A stretch of 64,000 nucleotides of DNA from Chloroflexota bacterium (GTDB lineage Bacteria; Chloroflexota; Dehalococcoidia; Lucifugimonadales; GCA-002723415): contig PBOA01000027.1 of NCBI GenBank assembly GCA_002723415.1, forward strand, positions 38,278-102,277, written 5' to 3'. Below are positions 28,874 to 39,511 of the stretch, one piece after another. Under the pieces are notes generated by a model. The model made no database searches, was not told the origin of the DNA, and saw nothing but the letters and a program-made list of their open reading frames with translations. The position numbers were made by a program, and so were the translations under genes. Positions within the stretch are counted from its first letter, which is position 1; every line of letters starts with the position of its first letter.

Positions 28874-30577
28874 TTACTCCAAATTTATGTTCTTTTTAAT
28901 TTGTTCGATTAAATAATTTACTTTAAAAGGAAGACCTGTATATTGAGTAATTGATTTTGCGTTAATTCCATAAGATCTTAATATACTTGACCATTGGCCT
29001 CTGTAATTTAGCTCAGGAACAATAATTAATTTTTTTTCTTTTAATTCATCGAGTAGTTTTTTTGGTAGAGGGTTAAGAAACATTGTGTAAAACCATCCGA
29101 TTTCTACCCCTTCTTCAATCAAATTTTTATATGCTTCTTGCACAGGTCCTTTGGAGCCTCCCCATGGCATAATAGATATTTCATTATGGTTGTTTATACT
29201 TTCATATTCTTCGTTTTCTAATAATTTTAATTTATTAAATCTTCTATTAGTCATTTCAATGTGGCGTTGAGGAAGGTGAGTTGTATCACCCCAATCATCA
29301 TGTTCGCTACCATTAGCAACATAGCTTCCAGGTTTACCGGGTATTGGCATTGGTGATAATTTTTCACCTTCATATCTTTTATATCCATTTTCACCAGTGT
29401 AGGTTAGTCTATTTTCAATTTTTATTTTTTTAATATCTGGTTTAGGAATGTTGGTTTGCCTTTCAGCTAGGGCATGCTCGCTAAGTAGAACAACGGGCCC
29501 TTGATATCTTTCAGCCCAATTTATTGCTTTTATAGATGCATAAAAACATTCTTCAACTGTGCCTGGTGCGATTACAGGAATACTTACATCTCCGTGAGCA
29601 GGATAAATTGATGCGTATAAATCAGATTGTTCTGTTTTTGTAGGCAATCCTGTTGCAGGGCCGCCTCTTTGAACATTTATTACAACAATTGGTATTTCTG
29701 TCATCCAAGCTAACCCTATACCTTCACTCATTAGAGAAAACCCTGGTCCTGCAGTGGAAGTCATAGCTTTTTTTCCTGAATATCCAGCACCTATTATAGC
29801 TATGATTGATTCAATTTCAGAACTTGATTGATGTACAAATTTGTCGTTTCCAATTAATCTTTGTTCCATCCACAAAAGAATAGGTGTAGCAGGAGATATA
29901 GGATATCCTATAAAAACATCCAGCCCAGCAGCAAGTGCTCCAACACTAATAGCTGCATTGCCATTAATAAGAATTTGTTCATATTTAGGAGGTTTAGATT
30001 TGGATAATTCCCCTAAGTGGAAATTATTTTTTTCGATTTCGGATTTTCCTAGAGATAAAGCCTGAATATTAGAAGAAATAATTTGTTCATCGTTTGGACG
30101 TCCTCTAGTGAATTTTTTCGTTACGAAAGTTTCAAGTATTGATTGTGGCATGTTGACTAAATCAGCTAAGGCTCCCATAACAACCATGTTAGATGCTCGA
30201 GTATTACCAGTAGATTTAGCTAATTCATCAAAAGGGATACCTAATGTTTTAATAGAAGAACCATTATTATTTATTTCAAAGTCGCCTGAGTTGTATATAA
30301 TGACGCCATCTTTTTTTACTTCATCTTTATGAGTGTTATATGCTTCTTCATTGAATGCAACTAATACATCTAATGCATCTCCAGAACTAAGCACTTCACT
30401 AGTAGATATTCTAGTTTGAGTCCAAGTAGGACCTCCCATAATTTGAGAAGGAAAAGTAGCAAAAGTCTGGATATGGTATCCTTCTTGAGCTGCTGCTTGA
30501 GCAAATCCTTCAGCGGAAGTGACTACACCTTGCCCGCCTTCACCTGCGAATCTCATTACAAAATCATTTTTTTTCAA
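28874..30577 (-). CDS. 2-oxoacid:ferredoxin oxidoreductase, alpha subunit (gamma-alpha fusion)
   Basis: An N-terminal gamma-domain (RFAGEGGQGVVTSAEGF) is fused to the alpha domain (GYPISPATPI, GPGFSLMSEGIG). 567 aa, ending 5 nt upstream of the beta subunit. Confidence 0.9.
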   Translation of the reverse strand: MKKNDFVMRFAGEGGQGVVTSAEGFAQAAAQEGYHIQTFATFPSQIMGGPTWTQTRISTSEVLSSGDALDVLVAFNEEAYNTHKDEVKKDGVIIYNSGDFEINNNGSSIKTLGIPFDELAKSTGNTRASNMVVMGALADLVNMPQSILETFVTKKFTRGRPNDEQIISSNIQALSLGKSEIEKNNFHLGELSKSKPPKYEQILINGNAAISVGALAAGLDVFIGYPISPATPILLWMEQRLIGNDKFVHQSSSEIESIIAIIGAGYSGKKAMTSTAGPGFSLMSEGIGLAWMTEIPIVVINVQRGGPATGLPTKTEQSDLYASIYPAHGDVSIPVIAPGTVEECFYASIKAINWAERYQGPVVLLSEHALAERQTNIPKPDIKKIKIENRLTYTGENGYKRYEGEKLSPMPIPGKPGSYVANGSEHDDWGDTTHLPQRHIEMTNRRFNKLKLLENEEYESINNHNEISIMPWGGSKGPVQEAYKNLIEEGVEIGWFYTMFLNPLPKKLLDELKEKKLIIVPELNYRGQWSSILRSYGINAKSITQYTGLPFKVNYLIEQIKKNINLE

Positions 30578-30700
30578 GTATTATTACCAAATGTATAATT
30601 TCATTATGTTTAAAAAGAGAATATTAAATAAATATATCAAGATATTAATTCAGGTGTCAATCACATCAATTACATCAAATTAAAAAAATTAAGGAATTCA

Positions 30701-31375
30701 TTATTCTTCAACTATGAAATTAAAAGCATACGGTGAAATTATTAAAAAGATTGAATCGAAAATTATTAATAATGGTATCCACTGAGTTAACCAGTTATTG
30801 TTATTTCCTATTATGGAATTTAATCCTTCAACTGAAGCAATCAATATTGGCGTAATTATAGGGAACATTAAAATTGATAACATTATTTCTTGGGGTTTTG
30901 TGTTGTTAGAAATTACAGAAAAAACATTGCCTACTATTATAATGCCGAATGTTCCCAATAATATAATAGGTATAAATTTAATATCAAAAAATGAAAAATT
31001 AAATATTATTATAAATAGGGTTGTTGTTATGACTTGAATTATTAATATAAATATAAAATTACTAATTACTTTACTGAAAAATATAGATTCTCTGCTTATT
31101 GGAGAAATAAGCATTGCTTGAAGGTTGCCGTTTTGTTTTTCGACATTTGAACTTCTAATTAATATTAGATTGCACGTAAATATATAGACTATCCAAAGTA
31201 TCCCTGCAGCTAAATATTTTATATCTATTCTAGTGGGGTCAATTGCAAAATTAAATATTATAAGATTCAAAGATGAAAAAGTTAATACAGGAAGCACAAT
31301 TTCTTTAGAGCGAAATTCGATAATTAAATCTTTCCATATTATTGCAATTAAAGTATTTGGTAATTTGATCATCAA
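30701..31375 (-). CDS. ccmB: Heme exporter permease CcmB
   Basis: Six TM helices, 224 aa. The conserved segment VEKQNGNLQAMLISPISRESIF aligns with the E. coli CcmB region DGSLEQLMLLPLP. It lies directly downstream of ccmA. Confidence 0.8.
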   Translation of the reverse strand: MMIKLPNTLIAIIWKDLIIEFRSKEIVLPVLTFSSLNLIIFNFAIDPTRIDIKYLAAGILWIVYIFTCNLILIRSSNVEKQNGNLQAMLISPISRESIFFSKVISNFIFILIIQVITTTLFIIIFNFSFFDIKFIPIILLGTFGIIIVGNVFSVISNNTKPQEIMLSILMFPIITPILIASVEGLNSIIGNNNNWLTQWIPLLIIFDSIFLIISPYAFNFIVEE

Positions 31376-31384
31376 TGCACATTT

Positions 31385-32149
31385 TTAATTGATAGAGTCA
31401 TTTGACTCTATCAATTTTTCATCAAAATCTTTAGATAGAAATATTTTATTTATTTTGCCATTCTCTATAACACCTATTTTGTCTGCGATTTCTAATACAT
31501 TTTTTATGTTGTGTGTTGCAAAAAAAATACAGTTATTTAATTTTTTGTGTTCTAATATAATGTTATTTAGATTATTTTGTGACTTTATATCTAAACTACT
31601 ATCAACTTCATCAAAAATTAATACCTTAGGCTCATGCAATATAGATTTAATCAAGCTTAGTTTTTTCTTTGTTCCGTGAGACATAGTATATATAGGGTCA
31701 AAGATTTGCGTGTAAATGTCTAGTTTTCTGGCTAATTTTTCAATATTGATTTCATAGTTTTTCAAATTAAATAATTTTGCTGTGAATATTAAATTTTCAA
31801 AACCAGATAATTGCTCATATAAAAAGCTATTATGTGTGACAGTTCCAGTGATTCTTCGAATATAACTGGGACGATTTTTTATGTTTATTCCAGCAATTTT
31901 TATGTATCCACTATCAGGAGTTGATAGCATTGATAGGGTTTTTATTAGAGTACTTTTGCCTGAACCATTTGGCCCTATTAGTATGAATATTTCACCCCAT
32001 TTCACTTCTAAATTAATATTATTTAAAGCAATAGATCTTCCAAAATTTTTATTAATATTATAAGCTAATATAGCTGGTTCAGATCTATTGAATTTAGGGA
32101 TATTGTTATTTATTTGCATTTTTAGACTTTCTAAATTGAATATTTGCAA
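31385..32149 (-). CDS. ccmA: Heme exporter ATP-binding protein CcmA (ABC ATPase)
   Basis: Walker A GPNGSGKST, a signature-like MSHGTKKKL, and Walker B VLIFDEV. Paired with ccmB. The true start may be an internal Met, because the N-terminal extension is unusual. Confidence 0.8.
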   Translation of the reverse strand: MQIFNLESLKMQINNNIPKFNRSEPAILAYNINKNFGRSIALNNINLEVKWGEIFILIGPNGSGKSTLIKTLSMLSTPDSGYIKIAGINIKNRPSYIRRITGTVTHNSFLYEQLSGFENLIFTAKLFNLKNYEINIEKLARKLDIYTQIFDPIYTMSHGTKKKLSLIKSILHEPKVLIFDEVDSSLDIKSQNNLNNIILEHKKLNNCIFFATHNIKNVLEIADKIGVIENGKINKIFLSKDFDEKLIESNDSIN

Positions 32150-32242
32150 AAATGTTGAATTGTTATTTAATTATTTACAACATATATCATAGTCCTTTAG
32201 ATGAATTTAAATCAATATAAAAAAATATAAAGGAGGAGAACC

Positions 32243-33022
32243 ATGACTAAGTATGTTAGGTATAAATTTAAAAATTTAATTTCTTATGGAATTTTGGATG
32301 ATGTATCAATCAGGGAAATTTCTTCCAGTCCCTTTGGAGAGTATAATCTTACAGGGATAGAAGTAAGTGTTTCTGATGTTAGACTATTGGCACCTGTTTC
32401 TCCTAGTAAAATAGTTGCAATTGGCTTGAATTATAATAGTCATTTAGATGGGAGAGAAGCTCCAAGTGTTCCAGAAGCTTTTTATAAAGTTCCCACATCA
32501 CTTATTGGGCCAGAAGATTCAATAATTATTCCTAAGGAAGTATTGGATAATTCATTAAGTATACAACCTGAAGCAGAATTGGCTGTTGTTATTGGAAAAT
32601 CATGTAAAAGAGCTACTAAAAATAATGCTTTGGATTATGTTTTAGGATTTACATGCGGAAATGATGTTAGTGTACGTCCGTGGCAAAAAAATGATTTGCA
32701 ATGGTGGAGAGCAAAGTCATCAGACACTTTTGCTCCTATAGGACCAGTTATTGTATCTGGACTTCAGCATGATAATTTACGATTACAAGCTAGAATAAAT
32801 GGGAAAGTTGTTCAAGATCAAAACACATCTGATTTGATACATAATGTTCCAAGTATAATTGAATTTGTTAGCAGTGTTGTTACTTTAAATCCAGGTGATG
32901 TTATTATGACAGGTACTCCTGGGAGTCCTGGAGATATTAAGAGTGGTGACATAGTTGAAGTTGATATAGGGGGTATCGGGGTATTAAAGAATTTTGTTAA
33001 AAATGAAGGTGAATCAATTTAA
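32243..33022 (+). CDS. Fumarylacetoacetate hydrolase (FAH) family protein
   Basis: The C-terminal FAH domain includes IVAIGLNY, EAELAVVIGK and GDVIMTGTPGSPG. 259 aa. Confidence 0.9.
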   Translation: MTKYVRYKFKNLISYGILDDVSIREISSSPFGEYNLTGIEVSVSDVRLLAPVSPSKIVAIGLNYNSHLDGREAPSVPEAFYKVPTSLIGPEDSIIIPKEVLDNSLSIQPEAELAVVIGKSCKRATKNNALDYVLGFTCGNDVSVRPWQKNDLQWWRAKSSDTFAPIGPVIVSGLQHDNLRLQARINGKVVQDQNTSDLIHNVPSIIEFVSSVVTLNPGDVIMTGTPGSPGDIKSGDIVEVDIGGIGVLKNFVKNEGESI

Positions 33023-33897
33023 GGGTTTATTATTTTTGATAATATTTCGCCATAAGTTAACCAATAATATATAATATAACTACCTGCAAGAATGATTAGC
33101 CAATTGCTAATTTTATTTATATAAACTGATAAATATTGAAGTTTATTATTTATATTTATTTTAAATATAGTCATTGACAATGTTATTATTATTATTACGA
33201 AACCCATACCTGCAGAATAAAGTATGAATTGTGTAACTTTGTCTATTATTTCACTTGAATAGAATGTACTGCCTATTACTGCTAAAAAAATTGGGAAAGT
33301 GCAACTTAATGATACGATTCCATAACTTAAACCGAACATAAAATAAGTTTTTATGTTGTTTTCATTCTGTATGGTTTTGTGCATTCCAAGTTTATTAGTA
33401 ATGTTTGTATATAAGCTATTTCCAGATAATAAGAATGCTCCAATAATTATAAGAAGTATTCCAATTGACATTCCCATCCAAGGTAAAAGAGAATAAATTA
33501 TAGTTTTTGCTCCGATACTTATGATAATTGCAAATAATGCGAAGAGTATTGTAAATCCCAATGTCATACTTAAGCTAATAATTAACGCATTAATTATCTT
33601 TTTTGATGTCTTTTGGTTTTTATTTTTATTTAGATATAAACCAATGTAGGCAGGTAGCATTACAAAACCACAAGGGTTGAATGCTGCAGCTATACCAGCT
33701 ACAAAAGCAAATCCCATATAGGTAATTATATGGAGGTTAGTGATATAAGTCGCTGTAGTGCTAGATATTGTACCTACAGAACTATTCAGAATGTCAGGAT
33801 TTTCAGTATTATAGAGTATTTTTGCAATTAAAAAAGTTGCAAAAATAAAAATACTAGATATCGATATTGCTTTTATATTGTTCTTAGAAATATGCAT
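33019..33897 (-). CDS. ccdA: Cytochrome c biogenesis thiol:disulfide transporter CcdA/DsbD-TM family
   Basis: Conserved membrane Cys motifs FNPCGFVMLP and SLSCTFPIF. Polytopic, 292 aa. Confidence 0.8.
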   Translation of the reverse strand: MHISKNNIKAISISSIFIFATFLIAKILYNTENPDILNSSVGTISSTTATYITNLHIITYMGFAFVAGIAAAFNPCGFVMLPAYIGLYLNKNKNQKTSKKIINALIISLSMTLGFTILFALFAIIISIGAKTIIYSLLPWMGMSIGILLIIIGAFLLSGNSLYTNITNKLGMHKTIQNENNIKTYFMFGLSYGIVSLSCTFPIFLAVIGSTFYSSEIIDKVTQFILYSAGMGFVIIIITLSMTIFKININNKLQYLSVYINKISNWLIILAGSYIIYYWLTYGEILSKIINP

Positions 33898-33978
33898 TTT
33901 TTAATGTTATATATGTTAAAGTATATTAATGTTTTTCTTAAATATATTATTTATATTATATAAGAGGTAGCTTGTTTT

Positions 33979-35739
33979 ATGAATAAGAAAGAGCAAAAAG
34001 TTAATTCTATTGGCGTTATAGATATTTTAAACGAAGAATTTAATGACTTCGAAGAGCAAGTCGAAAAATTTAGAAAAGGAGAATGGAATCCTGTAGATTT
34101 TATGGCTTTTAGATTAAGGCATGGAGTCTATGGACAGAGGCAACCTGATGTCCATATGTTAAGAATTAAAGCACCTTTTGGTGGGTTATCTGCAGATCAA
34201 TTAGATGTGTTAGGAGATGTGGCTGAGAAATATGCTCCTTTAAAAAAAGGGCATATTACAACGAGAGAGAATTTTCAATTTCATCATATTCCTCTTAAAG
34301 ATACTCCGGATATTTTACGTTTAATAGGTGAAGTAGGTTTAAGTACAAGAGAAGCTTGTGGAAATACTGTGAGAAATGTTACGGGTTGTTTTATGGCAGG
34401 AGTATGTGATACAGAGCCATTTGATGTTACTCCATATGCTGCAGCATATGCTAGATATTTTGTAAGACATCCTTTTACTCAAGCATTACCTAGAAAAATA
34501 AAGACTGCTTTTTCTGATTGTGAAAAGGATTGTTCAATCGTATCTATACATGATGTAGGGTTTATCCCAAAATTGAGAAATGGAGCAAAAGGTTTTCAGA
34601 TGGTTGTTGGTGGAGGAACTTCAATAATGCCAAGAATAGCTCCAGTGTTATATGAATTTGTATCAGCTGATGAATATCTTAAAATCACGGAAGCTGTGCT
34701 AAGAGTTTTTCATTGTTCAGATGAACTTAGAAAAAACAGGATGAAAGCTAGGATTAAGTTTTTAATTGATAAAATTGGAATTGATGAATTTAGAGATATG
34801 GTTGAATTAGAATTAAAAGAGCCTTGGGCTCAAAAGTCATTTGATCCTTCTCCGTTACTTTTTATTGATGATGAAGAAAAAGATGCTCCAAGTTTAGATG
34901 GTAAGTTTTCTAAAATCAATATGACAGATGGATACAAGGAATGGTTATCAACTAATGTTGATGCACAAAGACAAAAGGGGTATAAAGTTGTAACAGTCAA
35001 AGTTCCTCTAGGAGATTTAAATCCTAATCAATTTCGTCAATTAGCTAATATTTCTAGAAAATATGCGGGAGGTAGGGCTAGAATTACTCAACAACAGAAT
35101 TTGGCCTTTAGATGGGTGCCTGAAGGAGCTTTAGGAGAAGTATGGAGTAGTTTAAAACTTATTGGACTAGCAGATGATGGTGCTCATACGATTACTGATG
35201 TTGTCTCTTGCCCTGGTACCGATAGTTGTAAAATGGGAATTACTTCATCTATGGGGCTCGGAAATGCTATGAGAGAAATTGTTTCTCAAGATTCTTTAAA
35301 AAATGATCCTTTAATTAAAAAGATGCATGTCAAAATGAGTGGTTGCCCTAATGGATGTGGGCAGCATCATATTGCTGATATAGGTTTTCATGGAGCTGTT
35401 GCAAAAGCTCCTGGAGGGCAAGTTCCTGCTTATGAAGTCTTTATAGGAGGATCCTATCAAGATTCTACCAGGATTGGATTGAGAACAAAGACAAAAATAC
35501 CTGCAAAAATGGTTCCTTCAGCAGTTAATGCAATGCTGATATTTTACAGAGATAACCGTAATGAAGGTGAAGAGTTTACGGATTTTGTAGATAGGACTGG
35601 TTTAGAAGCTTTTGATGATGTTTTAGGTGGTTTTAAGAATCTACCTGAATTAAATAAAGAAACTATTACAACTTACATAGATTGGAACAGATCTGTTAAA
35701 TACCAACTAGAGCGTGGTGAAGGGGAGTGTGCAGTTTGA
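33979..35739 (+). CDS. Ferredoxin-dependent sulfite/nitrite reductase (siroheme-[4Fe-4S] hemoprotein)
   Basis: Cluster/siroheme Cys motifs CPGTDSCKMG and SGCPNGCGQHHIADIGF in a duplicated NIR_SIR fold. 586 aa. Confidence 0.9.
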   Translation: MNKKEQKVNSIGVIDILNEEFNDFEEQVEKFRKGEWNPVDFMAFRLRHGVYGQRQPDVHMLRIKAPFGGLSADQLDVLGDVAEKYAPLKKGHITTRENFQFHHIPLKDTPDILRLIGEVGLSTREACGNTVRNVTGCFMAGVCDTEPFDVTPYAAAYARYFVRHPFTQALPRKIKTAFSDCEKDCSIVSIHDVGFIPKLRNGAKGFQMVVGGGTSIMPRIAPVLYEFVSADEYLKITEAVLRVFHCSDELRKNRMKARIKFLIDKIGIDEFRDMVELELKEPWAQKSFDPSPLLFIDDEEKDAPSLDGKFSKINMTDGYKEWLSTNVDAQRQKGYKVVTVKVPLGDLNPNQFRQLANISRKYAGGRARITQQQNLAFRWVPEGALGEVWSSLKLIGLADDGAHTITDVVSCPGTDSCKMGITSSMGLGNAMREIVSQDSLKNDPLIKKMHVKMSGCPNGCGQHHIADIGFHGAVAKAPGGQVPAYEVFIGGSYQDSTRIGLRTKTKIPAKMVPSAVNAMLIFYRDNRNEGEEFTDFVDRTGLEAFDDVLGGFKNLPELNKETITTYIDWNRSVKYQLERGEGECAV

Positions 35740-36090
35740 TTAAGGATTAAAAAAATTCTTCCACCAGGGAATTTCTTTTTCTTCTTCTATAACTTGCCCC
35801 CTCCATACTTTTTTTTGTGAATGATTAGTTTTATAAAATTTTTTCTTTGAAATAAATAACAGCGATATCAATATTATTGTAAAACTAATAGTTAACCATA
35901 AAGGTGTGAATGTCATAAGTATTGATATTGATAATATTATCAATATCAATTTACTCAAATCTTTTTTAGTAAATCTAATTATGTAAGATATTGTTTTATT
36001 TATAGGACCAATTTTGTTGGTTTTTTGGATAGGGGATAGGTTAGATTTTTTTAAAATATCTTCTATTTCCTGTTCATATTTTTTGCTCAT
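35740..36090 (-). CDS. Hypothetical small membrane protein (116 aa)
   Basis: ORF with two hydrophobic helices (LILIILSISILMTFTPLWLTISFTIILISLLFI). Its stop abuts the sulfite reductase stop. No family recognised. Confidence 0.4.
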   Translation of the reverse strand: MSKKYEQEIEDILKKSNLSPIQKTNKIGPINKTISYIIRFTKKDLSKLILIILSISILMTFTPLWLTISFTIILISLLFISKKKFYKTNHSQKKVWRGQVIEEEKEIPWWKNFFNP

Positions 36091-36196
36091 AAATTTCCTT
36101 TTGAATATTCAAATAATAAGTAGTTATAAAGATGCATTGTGTAAAATTAATTTATTATTATATAACTATTTTATGCTTTTTGGTTCAAACCCTTCA

Positions 36197-36205
36197 TGCT
36201 ATAAT
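36197..36205 (+). promoter_or_regulatory. Candidate extended -10 promoter element (TGCTATAAT) upstream of tig
   Basis: A perfect TATAAT at 36200..36205 is preceded by TGn, about 32 nt upstream of the tig start, with a TAGGAG Shine-Dalgarno in between. Confidence 0.4.
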
Positions 36206-36237
36206 TAGTAGAAGAATTTATTTTTAGGAGATCATAA

Positions 36238-37512
36238 TTGATTATTAACCAAGAAGAAGTTAAGCAAAGCCAAGTGGCTTTAAAAATTGAATTGGAAGAA
36301 AAGGATTTAGGGCCATATGTTCAAGTAGGTTATAAAAAAATGGTTGGTCGCCTATCTATTCCTGGGTTTCGTAAAGGCAAAGCACCGCTTCATGTAGTAG
36401 AAAATCTTGTTACAAGAGAAGGGTTAATTAGAGAAGTTATTGATTATTTAGTTCAAGATGTCATTACTAAGGCTATTGATAAGCAAGCATTAGATGCTAT
36501 CGGATTACCTGATATTACTGTCAATAAGTTAGACCCAATTACAATAGATGCTGTAATTCCATTAAAGCCAGATGTAGATTTAGGAGATTATAAATCTATA
36601 AGGCTTGATAAGAAGGTAGTTAATGTAACTAAAGATGATATTGATAATAAGTTAGTAGATATAAGCAAGAGCATGGGGGTGTGGGAGCCTGTAACTAGAC
36701 CTGTTGAAATGGGAGATACTATAACAGCAGATATTAAAGGTTCTGTTAAGGAAAAAGATATTATAGATCAAAAAAATGTTACATTTGTTATGGATGAAAA
36801 TTTGACGTTTCCTAGTAAAAATTTTCTAAAAAATATTGTTGGAATGATTAAAGATGAAAAAAAAGAATTTAGTGTAAAAATTAGTGATGATTTTCCTGAT
36901 AAGGAAATAATTGGTAAGAAATCTAAATTTGATATAAATATCTTAGAAATAAAGCATATGGTTTTACCTGAAATAAATGATGAATTTGCTAAGTCTTATG
37001 GGGAAGGTTTTGAGAATCTAAAAATTCTTAAAGATAAAATTCAGTCAGACATGATTAAAGAAAAAGAATCACAATATGACCAGGAATATACTGAGGAAAT
37101 AATGACTAAGCTAATTGATCAAACTAAAATTGATTTATCGCCAGTTCTGTTACAGAATGAAATTAATCATATGCTTGGAGAGCAAGAGAGAATGTTGTCT
37201 CAAATGGGGATTAAAAAAGAAGATTACCTCCAGTCAATTGGTAAAACTGAAGAAGATGTTCGAAATGAATCAGCTAAAGGTGCAGAAATAAGATTAATAC
37301 GATCTTTTTCTATGAACAAGTTGGCTGAATTAGAGGAAATAGAAGTGTCAAAAGAAGAAATTGAAGATAAAGCAAAATTATACGATAGAGCAGGAGACAA
37401 AAAGAAAACAAAAAAATTACCTCAGAATAAAATAGATGAGATTGAAAGAATGATAATTTCAGAAAAATCTATAGATATATTAAAAAATATTAGTCAAGGT
37501 AATTATAAATAA
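36238..37512 (+). CDS. tig: Trigger factor
   Basis: Ribosome-binding signature IPGFRKGKAP and an FKBP-like middle domain, followed by clpP-clpX. TTG start. Confidence 0.9.
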   Translation: MIINQEEVKQSQVALKIELEEKDLGPYVQVGYKKMVGRLSIPGFRKGKAPLHVVENLVTREGLIREVIDYLVQDVITKAIDKQALDAIGLPDITVNKLDPITIDAVIPLKPDVDLGDYKSIRLDKKVVNVTKDDIDNKLVDISKSMGVWEPVTRPVEMGDTITADIKGSVKEKDIIDQKNVTFVMDENLTFPSKNFLKNIVGMIKDEKKEFSVKISDDFPDKEIIGKKSKFDINILEIKHMVLPEINDEFAKSYGEGFENLKILKDKIQSDMIKEKESQYDQEYTEEIMTKLIDQTKIDLSPVLLQNEINHMLGEQERMLSQMGIKKEDYLQSIGKTEEDVRNESAKGAEIRLIRSFSMNKLAELEEIEVSKEEIEDKAKLYDRAGDKKKTKKLPQNKIDEIERMIISEKSIDILKNISQGNYK

Positions 37513-37539
37513 TTCGTTGTTAAAGGAGAATTTTAGAAA

Positions 37540-38199
37540 ATGATGCAGCAACCACCTATTCAAAATTTAATACCAATGGTAGTAGAAAGTGGCGCTAGAG
37601 GAGAAAGAGCTTATGATATATATTCTCTTTTGCTCAAAGAAAGAATAATATTTTTAGGAACTCCTATTAATGATCAGGTTGGGAACAATATTATTGCTCA
37701 ACTTTTGTTCCTTGATAGAGAAGATCCAGACAGAGATATAAGTATTTATATAAGTAGCCCAGGAGGTGTTATTACTGCGGGTCTTGCAATTATAGATACT
37801 ATGAATTTAGTTCGGCCAAAAATATCAACTATATGTGTTGGTATGGCAGCAAGTATGGGGACAGTCATTTTATCTGCAGGGTATCCAGGTAAAAGGTTTG
37901 CTTTACCTAATTCTACAATTCATATGCATCAACCTATGGGAGGAGCCCAAGGACAAGCATCAGATATCGAGATACAGGCAAAAGAAATATTAAGATTGCA
38001 GGAGACTATTAGGAATATTCTTTCAAAAAATTCTGGTCAATCTTATGAAAAAATTGCTCAAGATACAGATAGAGATTATTATTTAAGTGCTCAGCAAGCA
38101 AAAGAGTACGGATTAGTAGATCAAGTTCTTGAAACTCCTAAGTCAGTTGAATCTAATGTTAAGAAAATAACTGCTAAAAAAGGGACAAAAAAGAAATAA
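37540..38199 (+). CDS. clpP: ATP-dependent Clp protease proteolytic subunit
   Basis: Catalytic Ser context GMAASMG, His context IHMHQP, and Asp context DTDRDYYL. Confidence 0.97.
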   Translation: MMQQPPIQNLIPMVVESGARGERAYDIYSLLLKERIIFLGTPINDQVGNNIIAQLLFLDREDPDRDISIYISSPGGVITAGLAIIDTMNLVRPKISTICVGMAASMGTVILSAGYPGKRFALPNSTIHMHQPMGGAQGQASDIEIQAKEILRLQETIRNILSKNSGQSYEKIAQDTDRDYYLSAQQAKEYGLVDQVLETPKSVESNVKKITAKKGTKKK

Positions 38200-38204
38200 A
38201 TATT

Positions 38205-39506
38205 ATGACGGATAAAGATAAATCTTTAAATAATTACTTGTGTTCTTTTTGTGCAAAGCCTCAAAGTGATGTTCGTAGATTAATAGCTGGACCCAATGGT
38301 GTTTTTATATGTGACGAATGCATATTGCTTTGTGATCAAATGATTTCTGAAGATTTGAACCCAGATAATCAAGATGATTTAGGAGAGTCAAAAATTGAAT
38401 CTTTGACTCCAAAAGATATATTTAAAAAACTCGATGAATACACTGTTGGGCAAAACAGTGCAAAAAAAATATTAAGTGTATCTGTCTATAACCATTATAA
38501 ACGAGTATGGTCTCAACTTGATGTAAAGGATGTAGAATTACAGAAATCAAATATATTATTGGCAGGTCCTTCAGGTTCTGGCAAAACTTATTTAGCTCAA
38601 AATTTAGCAAAGATTCTAGATGTTCCTTTTTGTATTGTGGATGCTACATCTCTTACAGAAGCAGGATATGTAGGTGAAGACGTTGAGAATATTTTGTTAA
38701 GATTAATTCAATCTGCAGATTATGATATTGCTAAGGCTGAAAAAGGAATTATATATATTGATGAAATAGATAAAATTGCTAGAAAGAGTTCAAACCCATC
38801 AATTACTAGAGATGTTTCAGGAGAAGGAGTTCAACAAGCTCTATTAAAAATAATTGAAGGATGTTTGGCTAATATACCTCCTCAAGGAGGTAGAAAACAT
38901 CCTCATCAGGAATTCTTAAATATTCGAACAGATGATATATTATTTATTTGTGGCGGAGCATTTGAAGATTTGAGTGAAATAATTGAGCGTAGAGTTTTTA
39001 AAGATGCCCAATCAATTGGATTTAGACAAAATTCTTTAACAACTAGATTGAATACATCTAACAAAAATGATTTATTTAGGCATGTTAATTTTGATGATCT
39101 TTTAAATTATGGGTTTATACCAGAATTTATCGGACGATTCCCAATTCTTACAAGTTTAAGTCCTCTAGGTAAAGATGATTTAGTTAAGGTATTAACTGAA
39201 CCCAAAAATGCTATTGTAAAGCAATATCAAAAATTGTTTGAAATAGAAAAAGTAGAATTAAATTTTAGCGATGCTGCTTTAAATCTAATTTCTGAACAAG
39301 CATTGACATATAACACTGGAGCAAGGGCTCTTAGGTCTATAATTGAGCAATTATTAATAGATGTTATGTATGAATTGCCAAGTTTTAAAAACGTTTTGAA
39401 ATGCAATGTTGATGTAGATAATAATTCTGTAAATGCAACGGTTACTTTGTTGTCTGCAAACGGAGTTAATTTATTTACATATTCTTCTGATCAAAAAACA
39501 GCATAA
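38205..39506 (+). CDS. clpX: ATP-dependent Clp protease ATP-binding subunit ClpX
   Basis: N-terminal zinc ribbon CSFCAKP ... CDECI, Walker A GPSGSGKT, and Walker [10 protein letters not shown]. Confidence 0.97.
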   Translation: MTDKDKSLNNYLCSFCAKPQSDVRRLIAGPNGVFICDECILLCDQMISEDLNPDNQDDLGESKIESLTPKDIFKKLDEYTVGQNSAKKILSVSVYNHYKRVWSQLDVKDVELQKSNILLAGPSGSGKTYLAQNLAKILDVPFCIVDATSLTEAGYVGEDVENILLRLIQSADYDIAKAEKGIIYIDEIDKIARKSSNPSITRDVSGEGVQQALLKIIEGCLANIPPQGGRKHPHQEFLNIRTDDILFICGGAFEDLSEIIERRVFKDAQSIGFRQNSLTTRLNTSNKNDLFRHVNFDDLLNYGFIPEFIGRFPILTSLSPLGKDDLVKVLTEPKNAIVKQYQKLFEIEKVELNFSDAALNLISEQALTYNTGARALRSIIEQLLIDVMYELPSFKNVLKCNVDVDNNSVNATVTLLSANGVNLFTYSSDQKTA

Positions 39507-39511
39507 TTATT

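Noticed and set aside
36014-36208. A 64-aa plus-strand ORF upstream of tig.
   Set aside because: It overlaps the 5' end of the minus-strand membrane-protein ORF and the predicted tig promoter, so it is likely spurious.
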